A stretch of DNA of 64,000 nucleotides from Bdellovibrionota bacterium (GCA_963668355.1 OY764265.1:1728001-1792000), one strand, 5' to 3'. Counted from the stretch's first letter, positions 28,382 to 40,260 are shown. Translations and numbers: made by a program. Notes: generated by a model not told the origin, from the letters alone.

Positions 28382-28696
28382 ATGAGTGGTACAGTTGATC
28401 AGGAAAGAAGGCAGTCACCTCGCCGAAAAGGAGAAACTCTTGTCCGTTTTGAAGGAGAGAATTTTTCCATTTATTCGAGGGCTCTTGATATCAGTGACCA
28501 CGGTGCTTTTGTAGCGACACATTATCTGCTGGATCCAGGCACTCAAATCGAGATGCATTTGATTGATCCGGCTGGAGGCGAATCGGCAACGCATGCAAAG
28601 GTTGTCCGAACCATGAGCCATACTTCTGATCGAGGAGAAGTCTCGATTGGCTTTGGGGTTCAATTTGTCGAAGATGATCCAACACTTGTTTCGTAG
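28382..28696 (+). CDS. Single PilZ-domain protein
   Basis: ERRQSPR...DISDHG; start 28382 (alternative 28370). Confidence 0.85.
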   Translation: MSGTVDQERRQSPRRKGETLVRFEGENFSIYSRALDISDHGAFVATHYLLDPGTQIEMHLIDPAGGESATHAKVVRTMSHTSDRGEVSIGFGVQFVEDDPTLVS

Positions 28697-28741
28697 TTGA
28701 GGAATCCGGAAAAAGCATCGTCGGAAAGTGTCAGGGCGTTT

Positions 28742-31246
28742 TTAGGCGTGTCCACGTAAACGAACAAGGTGCTTGTGCCACACTCTTAAAGCTTCTCGGT
28801 CTTTCAATAAATTTCGTTCGTGAAAATAGGAAATGATGCTCTTGATCATGACGGTGGAGAGAGACTCTTCCCGTGTGATGACATGCGTGGCCAACAGCCG
28901 TTGTCCTTGTTCCATGGTTTGAAGGATGAAGGATGGTGTCGGAGGATGTTGGACTTCAGGCGTTTGCAAGACCATGCGGGCCACCAGATCATAGGACTCC
29001 AGGTAATTGGCAATCATGGCAATGTAGAGTTCACGAATGAAAGGCCGAACTTGTGGACCGGCCCATTTCAATCCCACGCTCAAAACATGTTGGACATCTT
29101 CATCTTTTCTCAAGAAAAATTCATGCGCAAAAATATCTCGCAGAAAACTGACGTTTCCCTCGCGATTTCCTCCATGTTCTTCGTTTTGGACAGCCACTGC
29201 CGTGATGCAGGTAAACAAAAAATGTTGGAGAATTGTGTTTTTGTAAAAGTCCAACATCGCGCGCTTCCCTTTGGGAATGGTGATGACGAAGTCCACAGAT
29301 TTTGAGGCTTCCGTTTCGATCCAGCCATGACTTTCCAGAAATTCTAAAATTTCAAACACGTGGAATTCAATGTTCGAAATGTTCTTGGCGCATGGCTTCT
29401 GTTCTTTTTCTGCAAAGGCACGGAGAATGGTCAAACGTTCTTTAAACGTCGAACAAAGAATTCCCTGATCTCGTTCAGCCAGGAGTGCGATGGCCGCCAA
29501 AGATGTTCGAGTGATCAGTGTGTCTTTCGCAATCTCTCGCGTGACATGGTGAGCTAAGTCTAAGGTTTTGGCTCGTCGAACTTTGGTTGGGGGTTTTTCT
29601 CCCATCGGAACGCCAAAGTATTTTCGTACGGAAATGGGCTCACCAAAACGCACATAAGCGGCTCCATGAGATTTGCCTAAGAGGCTTCGTGATTTTAAGA
29701 GGACGAAGATGTTTTCACGCTCTTTTTTCTTTCCTGCAAGTTCAGAGAGATAGGCTTCCTCTTCGGGGATTTTGTCGTAGGTGATGGATGCGGGGACGAT
29801 GTAAAGATCCCGAAGGTTGGCCGAAAAAATGGTGTCGATTTGCAGGCCCAATAAGCCATGTTTGGGGTGTAGCATTTTTCCGGTTCTGGAGCGGCCCCCC
29901 TCCATGAAAAACTCTTGGGTGTACCCACATCGAATGAGCCACTTCACATATAGCGCGAGAAGTTTCGCGTAGAGCAAGTCTCCGCTGATGGTTCGGCGAA
30001 TGAAGTAGGCACCGGTCCTGCGAAAGATGGGCCCCATGGGCCAGAATGAAAGATTGATTCCCGCGGCGATATGCGGAATGGCAAAGTCATTCTCATAAAA
30101 AAGACCGGAGAGAAAGAGGTAGTCCATATGTGTCTTATGCGAAGGGAGGAGGATGACAGGATAGTCCTTCGAAATATTCTTGAGTTTTTTGAAGCCTTTA
30201 GGCTCGATATCCATTCTTTTATACAATTTGGTCCAGATCCAGTGGAATACCCGATAGGTCAAAGCTACAGTTGTTGGGCTATAGTCGGAGATCATTTCCG
30301 TTAGAATTTTTCGGGCTCTTTGTGTGACTTTCTTTTCACTCTTTTTTTCTCGCCGGGCGATGCTGGGAATGAGTCTTTGGAGTTCAGCGTCTTTGAGCAA
30401 AACATGAACGATGCGTTTCCGAGAACGAATGGGGGGGCCGACAACCAGCTTTCTTTCTCGATACAAGAAGTTTGAAATGGTTCTTCGAAGTTTTCTAGCC
30501 GTTATGTTTTGAGCTGAGGGTTCGGCTTTGGCTAAGAAATCGGAAAGAAGAAGAAAGTCTCCAAAACGAATATCCAGTTGGTTATAATGTTTGAGGAAGA
30601 GAAAAATTTTCCGAAGAGGAGAGGGCGCCGAAACGTGGCCAAAAAAAATGTCCATCCAGCTTTTTTCGATGCGTCCAGGTTCGTGTCCCCACATCCATGT
30701 TACAGGTAGAAAGGCGATGTCTGTTGAGCCTTCTTCCTGCGATTGAATGAGTTTTTCCCAAATTCGCACCCGCCAACGTGTGGACAGGGCAAAGAAACGA
30801 GGGGCTCGTAAAAAAAGCAAGCAAGGCGTTTGGTTTTGAGCGGCATGCAAAAGTATCTCAGCCTCTTTCTGAACTCTCCAGGAGGGAGAACGGAACAACG
30901 AGATGAATCGATTTCGAAGGGCCCTCAAGGCCGTAGGAATGGATTGAAAAAGCAACATGGGAACGTTGTTGGCGAAACTTGAAAGAGGAAGATCATTTTG
31001 GAGGAGAAGCGTGTTCATGAGAAGATAGTCCAAAAGACTCGCACTCGGCATCACATAGATAAGCGTCCTCTTCTGGGCCATTTGTTGGATTCGGTCTTTG
31101 GTTGCAGGGTCGATGGAGATGCGGTGCGTGGAAAGTCTGTGTAGTAGATGAAGGACCGTGCTGTATCGGGGACGCATTTGGCGCCCCCACTCTGGTAGGT
31201 TTGTACTTTTTGGACTCGGTTCACACATAGGTTGAAAGAGAGGCAT
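28742..31246 (-). CDS. plsB: Glycerol-3-phosphate acyltransferase PlsB-like
   Basis: PSHKTHMDY (HX4D), AAGINL, GAYFIRR, FFMEGGRSRTGK; true start may be somewhat downstream. Confidence 0.88.
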   Translation of the reverse strand: MPLFQPMCEPSPKSTNLPEWGRQMRPRYSTVLHLLHRLSTHRISIDPATKDRIQQMAQKRTLIYVMPSASLLDYLLMNTLLLQNDLPLSSFANNVPMLLFQSIPTALRALRNRFISLFRSPSWRVQKEAEILLHAAQNQTPCLLFLRAPRFFALSTRWRVRIWEKLIQSQEEGSTDIAFLPVTWMWGHEPGRIEKSWMDIFFGHVSAPSPLRKIFLFLKHYNQLDIRFGDFLLLSDFLAKAEPSAQNITARKLRRTISNFLYRERKLVVGPPIRSRKRIVHVLLKDAELQRLIPSIARREKKSEKKVTQRARKILTEMISDYSPTTVALTYRVFHWIWTKLYKRMDIEPKGFKKLKNISKDYPVILLPSHKTHMDYLFLSGLFYENDFAIPHIAAGINLSFWPMGPIFRRTGAYFIRRTISGDLLYAKLLALYVKWLIRCGYTQEFFMEGGRSRTGKMLHPKHGLLGLQIDTIFSANLRDLYIVPASITYDKIPEEEAYLSELAGKKKERENIFVLLKSRSLLGKSHGAAYVRFGEPISVRKYFGVPMGEKPPTKVRRAKTLDLAHHVTREIAKDTLITRTSLAAIALLAERDQGILCSTFKERLTILRAFAEKEQKPCAKNISNIEFHVFEILEFLESHGWIETEASKSVDFVITIPKGKRAMLDFYKNTILQHFLFTCITAVAVQNEEHGGNREGNVSFLRDIFAHEFFLRKDEDVQHVLSVGLKWAGPQVRPFIRELYIAMIANYLESYDLVARMVLQTPEVQHPPTPSFILQTMEQGQRLLATHVITREESLSTVMIKSIISYFHERNLLKDREALRVWHKHLVRLRGHA

Positions 31247-32179
31247 GCTATCTCACCCAGGCAAAAAAGGAAGTTAGCTCCGGCACTTAGACCGGGAGAT
31301 GCACTTCAAGTGGTGGCTCCTTCGAGCCCATTTGAGGCCAGTCGACTATCTGCGGCCATTCAATGGCTGGAAAACCGAGGGTACCGAGTCAAGGTTCCGC
31401 GGGGGCTATACGCTAAGGAGGGCTATTTGGCGGGCTCTGACTCACACCGGCAGAGACTCCTTGCGGATGCTTTTCAAAACCCAAACGTTCAAGGCGTTTT
31501 TTGTGCACGGGGAGGGTATGGCGCAATGCGTTTGGATGTTTCGGGTGTGAGCCATGAACCAAAGGTGTTTATGGGATTCAGTGATGTCACGGTTTTATTG
31601 AATCAAAGGGCCAAAGATGGGTGGGTAGGAATTCATGGTCCGGTTCTGGCGTCACCGACGTTTTTGGGAATTCCTCCCAAACGTCGTGGAGAATTGTTTT
31701 CGTACTTGGAATCTCCAAAAGAAAGGGTGTTAATGTCAGAGCGGGATTTTCAGGTGATGCTCCCCGGAAATGCCAAAGGAACGCTCTGGGGGGGCAATCT
31801 CTCGCTCGTGCAGTCCACCTTAAAAACCCCATTGGAAATTCCTTTTTCCAACTCCATTCTCTTTCTGGAAGAAACACACGAACCTCCGTATCGAATCGAC
31901 CGGATGCTTACTCAATTGGCTCTGGCTGGAGTTTTTGAAAAAATTACCGCCTTGGTGTTGGGTGAATTCTTAACTCCCAAGGGGCAAGCGCATTCAAAGA
32001 AATGGTTGGAAAAGCTTCTCTCTTCTCTTTTCCAAAGAAGAAAAATTCCAGTGATTCATGGTTTGAAAGCAGGTCATCGAAAAAATGAAGTTTGGTTGCC
32101 CATCGGGGGGGAAGTTGAACTGGTGAAAAGTGGAAAACGTTTCGTCGTTTCTCCGTTGGTGAAAGAAAGAGTCAGTTGA
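31232..32179 (+). CDS. ldcA: LD-carboxypeptidase (peptidase S66)
   Basis: ARGGYG, GFSD, HGP, GGNL, LFLEE, GH motifs; start uncertain. Confidence 0.9.
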   Translation: MKERHAISPRQKRKLAPALRPGDALQVVAPSSPFEASRLSAAIQWLENRGYRVKVPRGLYAKEGYLAGSDSHRQRLLADAFQNPNVQGVFCARGGYGAMRLDVSGVSHEPKVFMGFSDVTVLLNQRAKDGWVGIHGPVLASPTFLGIPPKRRGELFSYLESPKERVLMSERDFQVMLPGNAKGTLWGGNLSLVQSTLKTPLEIPFSNSILFLEETHEPPYRIDRMLTQLALAGVFEKITALVLGEFLTPKGQAHSKKWLEKLLSSLFQRRKIPVIHGLKAGHRKNEVWLPIGGEVELVKSGKRFVVSPLVKERVS

Positions 32180-33237
32180 TGTCAAAAAATCGGGCCGGCT
32201 GGCAAGAATTGTTGGAGACCTCTTCAAGGGGTTTGTATTCAGGTGCGGCTCTCGGGATCGCAAAGGTTGGAAAAGAAACGGAGCAAACCTTTGTGGGTCA
32301 TATCTCTCCAGCTCCAAAATCTCCGAAGGTGGGCGAAAATACGCTTTTTGATCTGAGTTCGCTAACAAAGGTCTTTTTAACCACAACCGTTGTGGCTCGT
32401 CTTGTGAGTGCCCAACGTTTGAGTTTGAACGAAAAAATGGTGGAGATTTTGCCTCATCTTTCGTGGGACGAAGCCTGGAAGAATCTCCAAATTCGAGAGA
32501 TCTTGTGTCATATGGCAGGTTTCTTGGCGTGGGAAGACTTTTCAAAGCAAGAAAAACCCGAAATTTTGAATTCGATTGCTCGTTCCAAACCCTTGGCTAC
32601 GTTTCGTGAAAAAGTGATCTACAGTGATTTGGGATTTATTTTGTTGGCTGAAGCGCTGGCCCAAAAAACAAAGAAAGATTTTAAACAATTATGTCAACAG
32701 GAAGTCATCGAGCCCTTGGGTTTGAAGCGAATGCTTCCTTCTCCACTCTTGGCCAAAAAAAATCAGACCTCTACCGCAAAAACCGAAAAGTCTTCTGTTG
32801 ATGAAGCTTGGATTCATGTGAATGATGCGAATGCGAGGGCCTTAGGGGGAGTTTCGGGCCATGCAGGGTACTTTGCAAACTTAGGATCGTGCATGAAAAT
32901 CGCGGAAGCTTGGATTTCATCGCTTCGAGGGGATGAGTCTTTTTTGTCGCCCAATGTTTCTCAGGAGTTCGCTTCGATTTGTGAGTCAGCGGATGGAGAA
33001 CGGAGGGCTTTGGGCTGGGATGTCCCCACGTTCCCGAACTCCAGTGCGGGTACGTTCATTTCAAAAAGCTCTCTAGGACATTTGGGATTCACAGGTACAT
33101 CGGTTTGGATGGACTTGGAGCGAGAGGCTTGGGTTGTATTGTTGACGAATCGAACCGTGATGGGGTCGACCAAGGAAGAAATGCGTCGGTTTCGTTCGGC
33201 GTTACATGATGAAATTTGGAGTTACTTAGATCAATGA
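32179..33237 (+). CDS. Beta-lactamase-related serine hydrolase, no signal peptide
   Basis: FDLSSLTK (SxxK), YSDLGF, GHAG, GHLGFTGTS. Confidence 0.85.
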   Translation: MSKNRAGWQELLETSSRGLYSGAALGIAKVGKETEQTFVGHISPAPKSPKVGENTLFDLSSLTKVFLTTTVVARLVSAQRLSLNEKMVEILPHLSWDEAWKNLQIREILCHMAGFLAWEDFSKQEKPEILNSIARSKPLATFREKVIYSDLGFILLAEALAQKTKKDFKQLCQQEVIEPLGLKRMLPSPLLAKKNQTSTAKTEKSSVDEAWIHVNDANARALGGVSGHAGYFANLGSCMKIAEAWISSLRGDESFLSPNVSQEFASICESADGERRALGWDVPTFPNSSAGTFISKSSLGHLGFTGTSVWMDLEREAWVVLLTNRTVMGSTKEEMRRFRSALHDEIWSYLDQ

Positions 33238-34643
33238 AGACAGTGCATTTAATGGGGATTGGGGGCTCCGGAATGACTTCTCTAGCAGGAATGTTCCGAG
33301 AGCTGGGTTGGAATGTTCGAGGTTCAGATCAGAAGGTTTATCCTCCAGCTTCTGATTTGTTGGCGTCCCTCAATATTTCGGTGATGGAAGGGTATCACGC
33401 GGACAATCTTGTTCCCTCGCCAGATCTGGTCGTCGTGGGAAATGTCATTTCCCGGTCCAATCCTGAAGCGCAGGCATTGTTGGCCAGTGAAATTCCTTAC
33501 CTCTCCATGCCCCAGGCGCTCTGTGAATATGTTCTGAAAGATCGAGCGTCGGTTGTGGTTTCCGGTACACATGGAAAATCCACTTCCTCTTCTCTTATGT
33601 CTTGGCTTTTAGAGGAGGGAGGCGCCAATCCAGGGTTCTTTGTGGGAGGCGTTCCCAAGAATTTCGGTTCCGGTTTTCGAGTGGGAAAGGGAAAATATTT
33701 TGTGTTCGAAGGGGATGAGTACGATACGGCTTTTTTTGAAAAGACGCCCAAGTTTCTTCACTACCAACCGAAGCATGTCATTTTAACCAGTGTGGAGTTT
33801 GATCATGCAGATATCTATCGTGATCTTGATCACGTCATGGAACAGTTCATACGGTTGTTGGATATTCTCCCAAAAGAGGGATGTGTCATTGCCTGTGGAG
33901 ATGATGAGAATGTTAGAAAAGTTTGTGAAACGGGCAGTAGCGCTCCCATCTTGTTTTACGGAATCCAAGAGATAAATGAATGGCAAGCCCGCAATGTTCA
34001 AACGACTGAAAAAGGCACGGCCTTTGACGTGTTCTTTAAACAAAAATTTGAAACGCATTTGGAATCGAGTCTTATCGGTCGACACAATGTTTCGAATGTG
34101 TTGGCTTGCTATGCCATGGGAAGAGACCTGGGGTTTTCAGCTTCAAAGCTTTCACATGGTGTGGAGACGTTTAAAGGTGTGCGCAGGCGTCAGGAGTTTT
34201 TGGGGGAAGTCAAAGGCGTACAATTTTTCGATGATTTTGCCCATCACCCAACGGCCATATCGGAAACTTTGAAGGGATTTATTCCCCGAGCAAAGATGAG
34301 AAAAGGGCGCTTGTGGGCAGTTTTGGAGCCTCGATCGAATACCTTGCGAAGAAAGGTCTTTCAAGAGGTGCTTCCTCAGAGTTTGGCGTTTGCGGATGAA
34401 ATTGTGATTGCTCCTGTATTTCAAAAGCAGGATTCGCTGGATGCGCTGGATCAATTGGACCCAAAGGCGTTGGTCAAGACTCTCGAAAAAGAGAGAAAGT
34501 CCGCATATGCACCGAACGATCACGAAGAGCTTCTTTCTTTCGTTTTGTCAAAGGTCAAAAAGGGAGATGTCGTTGTTTTTATGTCGAACGGGAGCTTTTC
34601 AGATGTTCCCCGGAAAACCCTAAGGCGGTTAGAGCAAACCTAA
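33234..34643 (+). CDS. mpl: UDP-MurNAc:L-Ala-gamma-D-Glu-mDAP ligase
   Basis: GIGGSGM, GTHGKST, EGDEYDTAFF...KF, EFDHADIY, DDFAHHPTAI, EPRSNT. Confidence 0.9.
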   Translation: MKTVHLMGIGGSGMTSLAGMFRELGWNVRGSDQKVYPPASDLLASLNISVMEGYHADNLVPSPDLVVVGNVISRSNPEAQALLASEIPYLSMPQALCEYVLKDRASVVVSGTHGKSTSSSLMSWLLEEGGANPGFFVGGVPKNFGSGFRVGKGKYFVFEGDEYDTAFFEKTPKFLHYQPKHVILTSVEFDHADIYRDLDHVMEQFIRLLDILPKEGCVIACGDDENVRKVCETGSSAPILFYGIQEINEWQARNVQTTEKGTAFDVFFKQKFETHLESSLIGRHNVSNVLACYAMGRDLGFSASKLSHGVETFKGVRRRQEFLGEVKGVQFFDDFAHHPTAISETLKGFIPRAKMRKGRLWAVLEPRSNTLRRKVFQEVLPQSLAFADEIVIAPVFQKQDSLDALDQLDPKALVKTLEKERKSAYAPNDHEELLSFVLSKVKKGDVVVFMSNGSFSDVPRKTLRRLEQT

Positions 34644-34644
34644 G

Positions 34645-36143
<1,499 letters not shown>

Positions 36144-36146
36144 TTA

Positions 36147-36890
36147 ATGCGGAAGTATCCGAAATTCCTCATGATCTCAACTCAAAAGTGTTATCGTAAC
36201 CGCGTGAGTGCCTTTTTTGGAATTTTACTACTGATTTCTACACCCATTTTTGCCTACTCAGCCGATTCTCTCACGGGAGTTGTTTTGGAGGACTTCTCGA
36301 CGTACAGGGTTGGGCAGGTGCCGAGCGAAGGATGGAGATCTCGAGGGGGAGATGCTGAAGGATCTTATCGGATTGCGTCAGAAGATTCGGGCAATCTGTT
36401 CTTGCAGGCGCAAGACCAGGGAAAGTCAGTGCAGTATTTTCGTGAAAAGGGTTGGAAAATTAAGGAATACCCCATTTTAACGTGGCGTTGGAGAGCCCAT
36501 GAACTCCCCAAGGGGGGGGACGAGAGATATGGGAAGAGCAATGACAGTGCCGCGGCTGTATATGTGGTTTTCCCTCGAAGATGGTTCATTCCCGAAGCCA
36601 TTAAGTATGTTTGGAGCAGCAATGCACCCAAAGGAACGGATATCAAGCGAAGTAGTCGATTCCCCATGGTTGTTTTGCGCTCGGGACCCGAAAAAAAGTC
36701 GGGGGAGTGGGTTTTGGAAGAGCGAAACGTGTACGAAGACTTTCAACGTTTGTTTGGTCGTCGACCCTCCAATCCTGTAGCCATCGGATTTTTGACCGAT
36801 GCCAATGAAACCAAGAGTTCGGCGAAGGCCGATTATGACGATTTTCGTGTTATTCCGGGTAAATCGAATCCGGTTCAGCCAAATCAATGA
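36147..36890 (+). CDS. DUF3047 family exported protein
   Basis: LTWRWR...P.GGDE...DSAAAVYVVF...IKYVWS...RNVYEDF...TDAN; true start may be GTG 36204. Confidence 0.8.
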   Translation: MRKYPKFLMISTQKCYRNRVSAFFGILLLISTPIFAYSADSLTGVVLEDFSTYRVGQVPSEGWRSRGGDAEGSYRIASEDSGNLFLQAQDQGKSVQYFREKGWKIKEYPILTWRWRAHELPKGGDERYGKSNDSAAAVYVVFPRRWFIPEAIKYVWSSNAPKGTDIKRSSRFPMVVLRSGPEKKSGEWVLEERNVYEDFQRLFGRRPSNPVAIGFLTDANETKSSAKADYDDFRVIPGKSNPVQPNQ

Positions 36891-39729
36891 CGGATTCTGA
36901 GGAAGCGTTGGTTATGTTTTCTTCTGGTGTTTTGCCTGCCCGGTAAACCACAAAGTTACGTTGAAAGATCAAGTCTTGATTGTCTCGGGCGACCAAATGA
37001 ATCCGATTCATTCCTTTTTCTAAGGGAACCAAAGCATCAAAGTCAGCCGATTTTTGGGGGGCAGTCGCAGTTTTGAAGTTGCTGTAATAGACCTTTTTCC
37101 CATTGACCAAGATATAAAAGTCCTTCGAGCTAACATCATCGACCACAGATCCCTGAATTTTTAGAAAGCGGCTTTCGGTTTCTTTGAAGGCGAGTTCATC
37201 GGCTTTGGTTTCAATTTTGGGCGGTTCAAAAACACCCATCATGGTTTGCTTGGAAGCTGGGGAATCCTTTCCTTGTCGAACGGGAAAGCTTAATTTTTTG
37301 CCCGTTACGACCCGATAGGAAGCGTCCACGATGGAAAGGTCGAGTGAAAATTCATCGTTCGCAAATTCTTTCTTGATATCGAATAGAAAGCTGACCTTTT
37401 TCTTTTGGCCGGGTTTTAGTTTGGGGACTTCAACTCTTCCTTTTTTTAGGAAGATGTTTTTTGCTTCTGGATTTCGAATGGCCGCAATGGTTTCCTCCGA
37501 AGAAGCGTTTCCAATGTTGGATACAAAGAGGTTGAGCTGAACCGATTCGTTTGGTTCCAAGATGCCGTTTTGTTGTTCCTTGGGGTTGTTGGGCAATTGA
37601 TCGTTGGTTTCATAGGAAAAGGCGAATTTGGGCATGGAAATCGCTCGGGTGGCGATGTCAAAGGTGTAGGTCTCTGGAACGCGATCATTCTTTTCTTGAA
37701 ACTTAAGACTTACTTTTGCAAGAGAGTTTGGAATGGATTTCGGCAATTCCACAGAAACGCTTCTCGAAACCGTTGCTCCGGGCAGCACCTTTCCAAACAG
37801 AAATTCATGTTCATTGAAATAAAAGTTTTTGGAGAGCGAACGCGCCCAAGCTTGCTCCAAAGTGCATTGGCTGGGGTTTTTTAGAGTGGCCGTTAGCGTC
37901 ATCGTTTGGCCAGCTTTTACGGTTCCCTTAAAGAGAGGCGCAATGGCGATAGAGGCTTTGGGGGCAGCGCAGTCTTTCTTTTGCGTGGACGATTGGGTCG
38001 ACCAGTCGATTCCTTGCTGAGAGAGGGCTTTTGCGATTTCCCCCCCAGTCGTTTGTTTGATTTTTGCGAGCAACTCACTTGAATTTTTTAAGAACGCTGT
38101 TCGTTCAAAAGGCGGATTGTTTTTCAATAATGTGTGAGCGGTTTTGACAGAGAAATCTTCTTCCAGTTTTTTAAGTCTTTCTTTTTTATCTTTCTTTTGG
38201 CTCAAGAGCGCACTGTCCAAGTCATCCGTTTTTTCTAAAATCAACGTTCGCAAACTCACGAGTGAGTCATCGGTTTCTTTAAGCTTCTTCGGGTTATCAA
38301 AATGCCCCTCAAGCGAAGATTCTCCAAACTCCGTTTCAGAGGGGAAAATCGAGATGCGATCTTTCTGCACGAAGGCGGGGTCGATGCGGATATCTGGAGA
38401 AATGCCAATGGACTGAATGGAGACATCCCCAGGAGTTAAGTATTGAGCAATGGTTAATTTCAGTGCGGCTTCTTCCGGAAGTTCAAATAAGGATTGAACC
38501 GTACCTTTTCCGAAGGTTTTTTCCCCAATGATGATGGCACGATTCCTTCGTTGGAGTGCTCCTGCAACAATTTCGGAGGCGCTGGCACTCCCATGATTGA
38601 CCAGGACGACCATAGGGTAATTGGGCTCGGTTCCGGGAGCCGAAGCATCTTCTTCGTCCCGAAGTTGGTTGTTAATACCTACGGTTGTGACGATGGTTCC
38701 ATCCTTCAAGAATTTATCACTGACGGCGATGGCTTGATCCAGAAGTCCTCCCGGATTGTTGCGAAGGTCCAGAATCAGTCCCTTGAGCTGCCCCTTTGCT
38801 TCTTGAGTCATTCGGTGAAGATGGCGCGTGAGGTCCTTGGCACTGTTTCCTTGAAAGTTCTTGAGCTTGATATAGCCGATCTCATCGGTCATGAGCTCGG
38901 ATTCGACGCTAACTACTTTGATGGTGTCTCGAACAATGGTGAAATTTTTTGTGCGGGTCCACCCTTTTCGATTCACGCTCAGTGTGATGGGAGTTCCTTT
39001 GGGCCCTCTCATTCGGCTCACAGCTTCGGTCAGCGTCATATTGACGGTAGACTCATTCCCAATTTTCTTGATGACGTCACCTGCCTGAATGCCCGCTCGA
39101 GAGGCTGGGGTGTCATCCAACGGAGCAATGACCGTAAGCTTGGAGTCGCGGATGCTGATAACGATTCCGAGGCCTCCAAACTTTCCGGACGTTCCAATTT
39201 TGGTTTCGGCAAAGACTTCCTTGGGAAGATAAACGGAGTGGGGGTCCAAGGCTGAAAGAACGCCATGAACCGATGCCACTTCCAAATCCTCATCGGAAAT
39301 GTCGCTACTTTTCTTGTCCCGAATGAATTTCAAGACATCCGAGAGATGGGTTTGAACGGCGTAGAGGGTGTTGAGATTCGTGGAGAGTTCCATGCGATCC
39401 GATCCCACGAAAAGCATGGCTTTGTTGGCCGACGGAAACGCCACACGTACTTCAATGATTTTCTGAGATAAGGCTTCCAGGGCAGATTTGAACATGGCCT
39501 GAGGATCCACGCGGTCAGGATCCAAGTATCGGTCTTTGACATGGTGAAGAACTCTTCGCATGAGTCCAAGGCGATCCAGGCGATCACGGCTTCCGAATAA
39601 ATCCGCGGGAAAGGCATAACTGGGTTGGACCAAAGACAAAGGCTCTTGAACAAAGAGGTCCAACTGGGAAGTTAGGAATGACCCAAAGAGAAGGGTGATG
39701 AATATAATGAGAGTTCGAATTTTCCGCAT
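36850..39729 (-). CDS. S41 carboxyl-terminal protease with PDZ and long C-terminal extension (myxobacterial long form)
   Basis: LDPHS, GKFGGLGI PDZ, LDLRNNPGG, SASASEI, TFGKG; Ig-like C-terminal region. Confidence 0.9.
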   Translation of the reverse strand: MRKIRTLIIFITLLFGSFLTSQLDLFVQEPLSLVQPSYAFPADLFGSRDRLDRLGLMRRVLHHVKDRYLDPDRVDPQAMFKSALEALSQKIIEVRVAFPSANKAMLFVGSDRMELSTNLNTLYAVQTHLSDVLKFIRDKKSSDISDEDLEVASVHGVLSALDPHSVYLPKEVFAETKIGTSGKFGGLGIVISIRDSKLTVIAPLDDTPASRAGIQAGDVIKKIGNESTVNMTLTEAVSRMRGPKGTPITLSVNRKGWTRTKNFTIVRDTIKVVSVESELMTDEIGYIKLKNFQGNSAKDLTRHLHRMTQEAKGQLKGLILDLRNNPGGLLDQAIAVSDKFLKDGTIVTTVGINNQLRDEEDASAPGTEPNYPMVVLVNHGSASASEIVAGALQRRNRAIIIGEKTFGKGTVQSLFELPEEAALKLTIAQYLTPGDVSIQSIGISPDIRIDPAFVQKDRISIFPSETEFGESSLEGHFDNPKKLKETDDSLVSLRTLILEKTDDLDSALLSQKKDKKERLKKLEEDFSVKTAHTLLKNNPPFERTAFLKNSSELLAKIKQTTGGEIAKALSQQGIDWSTQSSTQKKDCAAPKASIAIAPLFKGTVKAGQTMTLTATLKNPSQCTLEQAWARSLSKNFYFNEHEFLFGKVLPGATVSRSVSVELPKSIPNSLAKVSLKFQEKNDRVPETYTFDIATRAISMPKFAFSYETNDQLPNNPKEQQNGILEPNESVQLNLFVSNIGNASSEETIAAIRNPEAKNIFLKKGRVEVPKLKPGQKKKVSFLFDIKKEFANDEFSLDLSIVDASYRVVTGKKLSFPVRQGKDSPASKQTMMGVFEPPKIETKADELAFKETESRFLKIQGSVVDDVSSKDFYILVNGKKVYYSNFKTATAPQKSADFDALVPLEKGMNRIHLVARDNQDLIFQRNFVVYRAGKTPEENITNASSESVIDLAEPDSIYPE

Positions 39730-39875
39730 ATTTTCTAAGTTTCTAAGGGAGTTTTACCGTCAAAAAAGAAAAAGTATAGCACGCCGTGAAAGCCTTGGGG
39801 GAGGGGCAATGAAATAAGCCCCCGCTCACTTTTCTTGACAGAATTATTTCCATTGGATACTCACGCGCTTCTTGA

Positions 39876-39950
39876 GCGGGAGTAGCTCAGTGGTAGAGCG
39901 TCACGTTGCCAACGTGAGGGTCGAGGGTTCAAATCCCTTCTCCCGCTCCA
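39876..39950 (+). tRNA. tRNA-Gly(GCC)
   Basis: Cloverleaf GCGGGAG...TCACG TTGCCAA CGTGA...GTTCAAATC...CTCCCGC T CCA. Confidence 0.97.
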
Positions 39951-39952
39951 TA

Positions 39953-40033
39953 ATAAATAAGGGGAAAATGCTATAAGGATGAGCATTTTCCCCTTATTTA
40001 TCCCGTCGCAAAAAGGCGGCAGAGCCGCCTTTT
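39953..40033 (+). terminator. Two tandem hairpins after tRNA-Gly
   Basis: Perfect 20-bp IR (39953-39972 / 39982-40001), then AAAAGGCGGC-AGA-GCCGCCTTTT. Confidence 0.7.
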
Positions 40034-40260
40034 CACTCCATTACAAGCAACCAACGTAACGAGTCGTAGAACCAGTCTTCGAGCGAGATTTGAACAGGGT
40101 CGTGAGTCGCGCTGCTTTCTTTTATGCAAATCGAATCTACGCATTAAACTCAAGTTCCACTTTTTGCGTAACAAAAGGTTTCGATTTCTGCAAAAAATAT
40201 CATTAATTGCGTAACTAGCTGTTTTTAGAATAAAAAATTAGACAAAAAATAAGCTTTATT

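Noticed and set aside
31232..31246. Head-to-head overlap of plsB and ldcA starts as a special feature
   Set aside because: Probably a start-calling artefact; plsB has alternative downstream ATGs.
36850..36890. 41-bp convergent 3' overlap of the DUF3047 and S41 genes
   Set aside because: Common in compact genomes; no evidence of function.
39835..39861. sigma70 promoter TTGACA...GATACT for tRNA-Gly
   Set aside because: Spacer is only 15 bp; plausible but not supportable as drawn.
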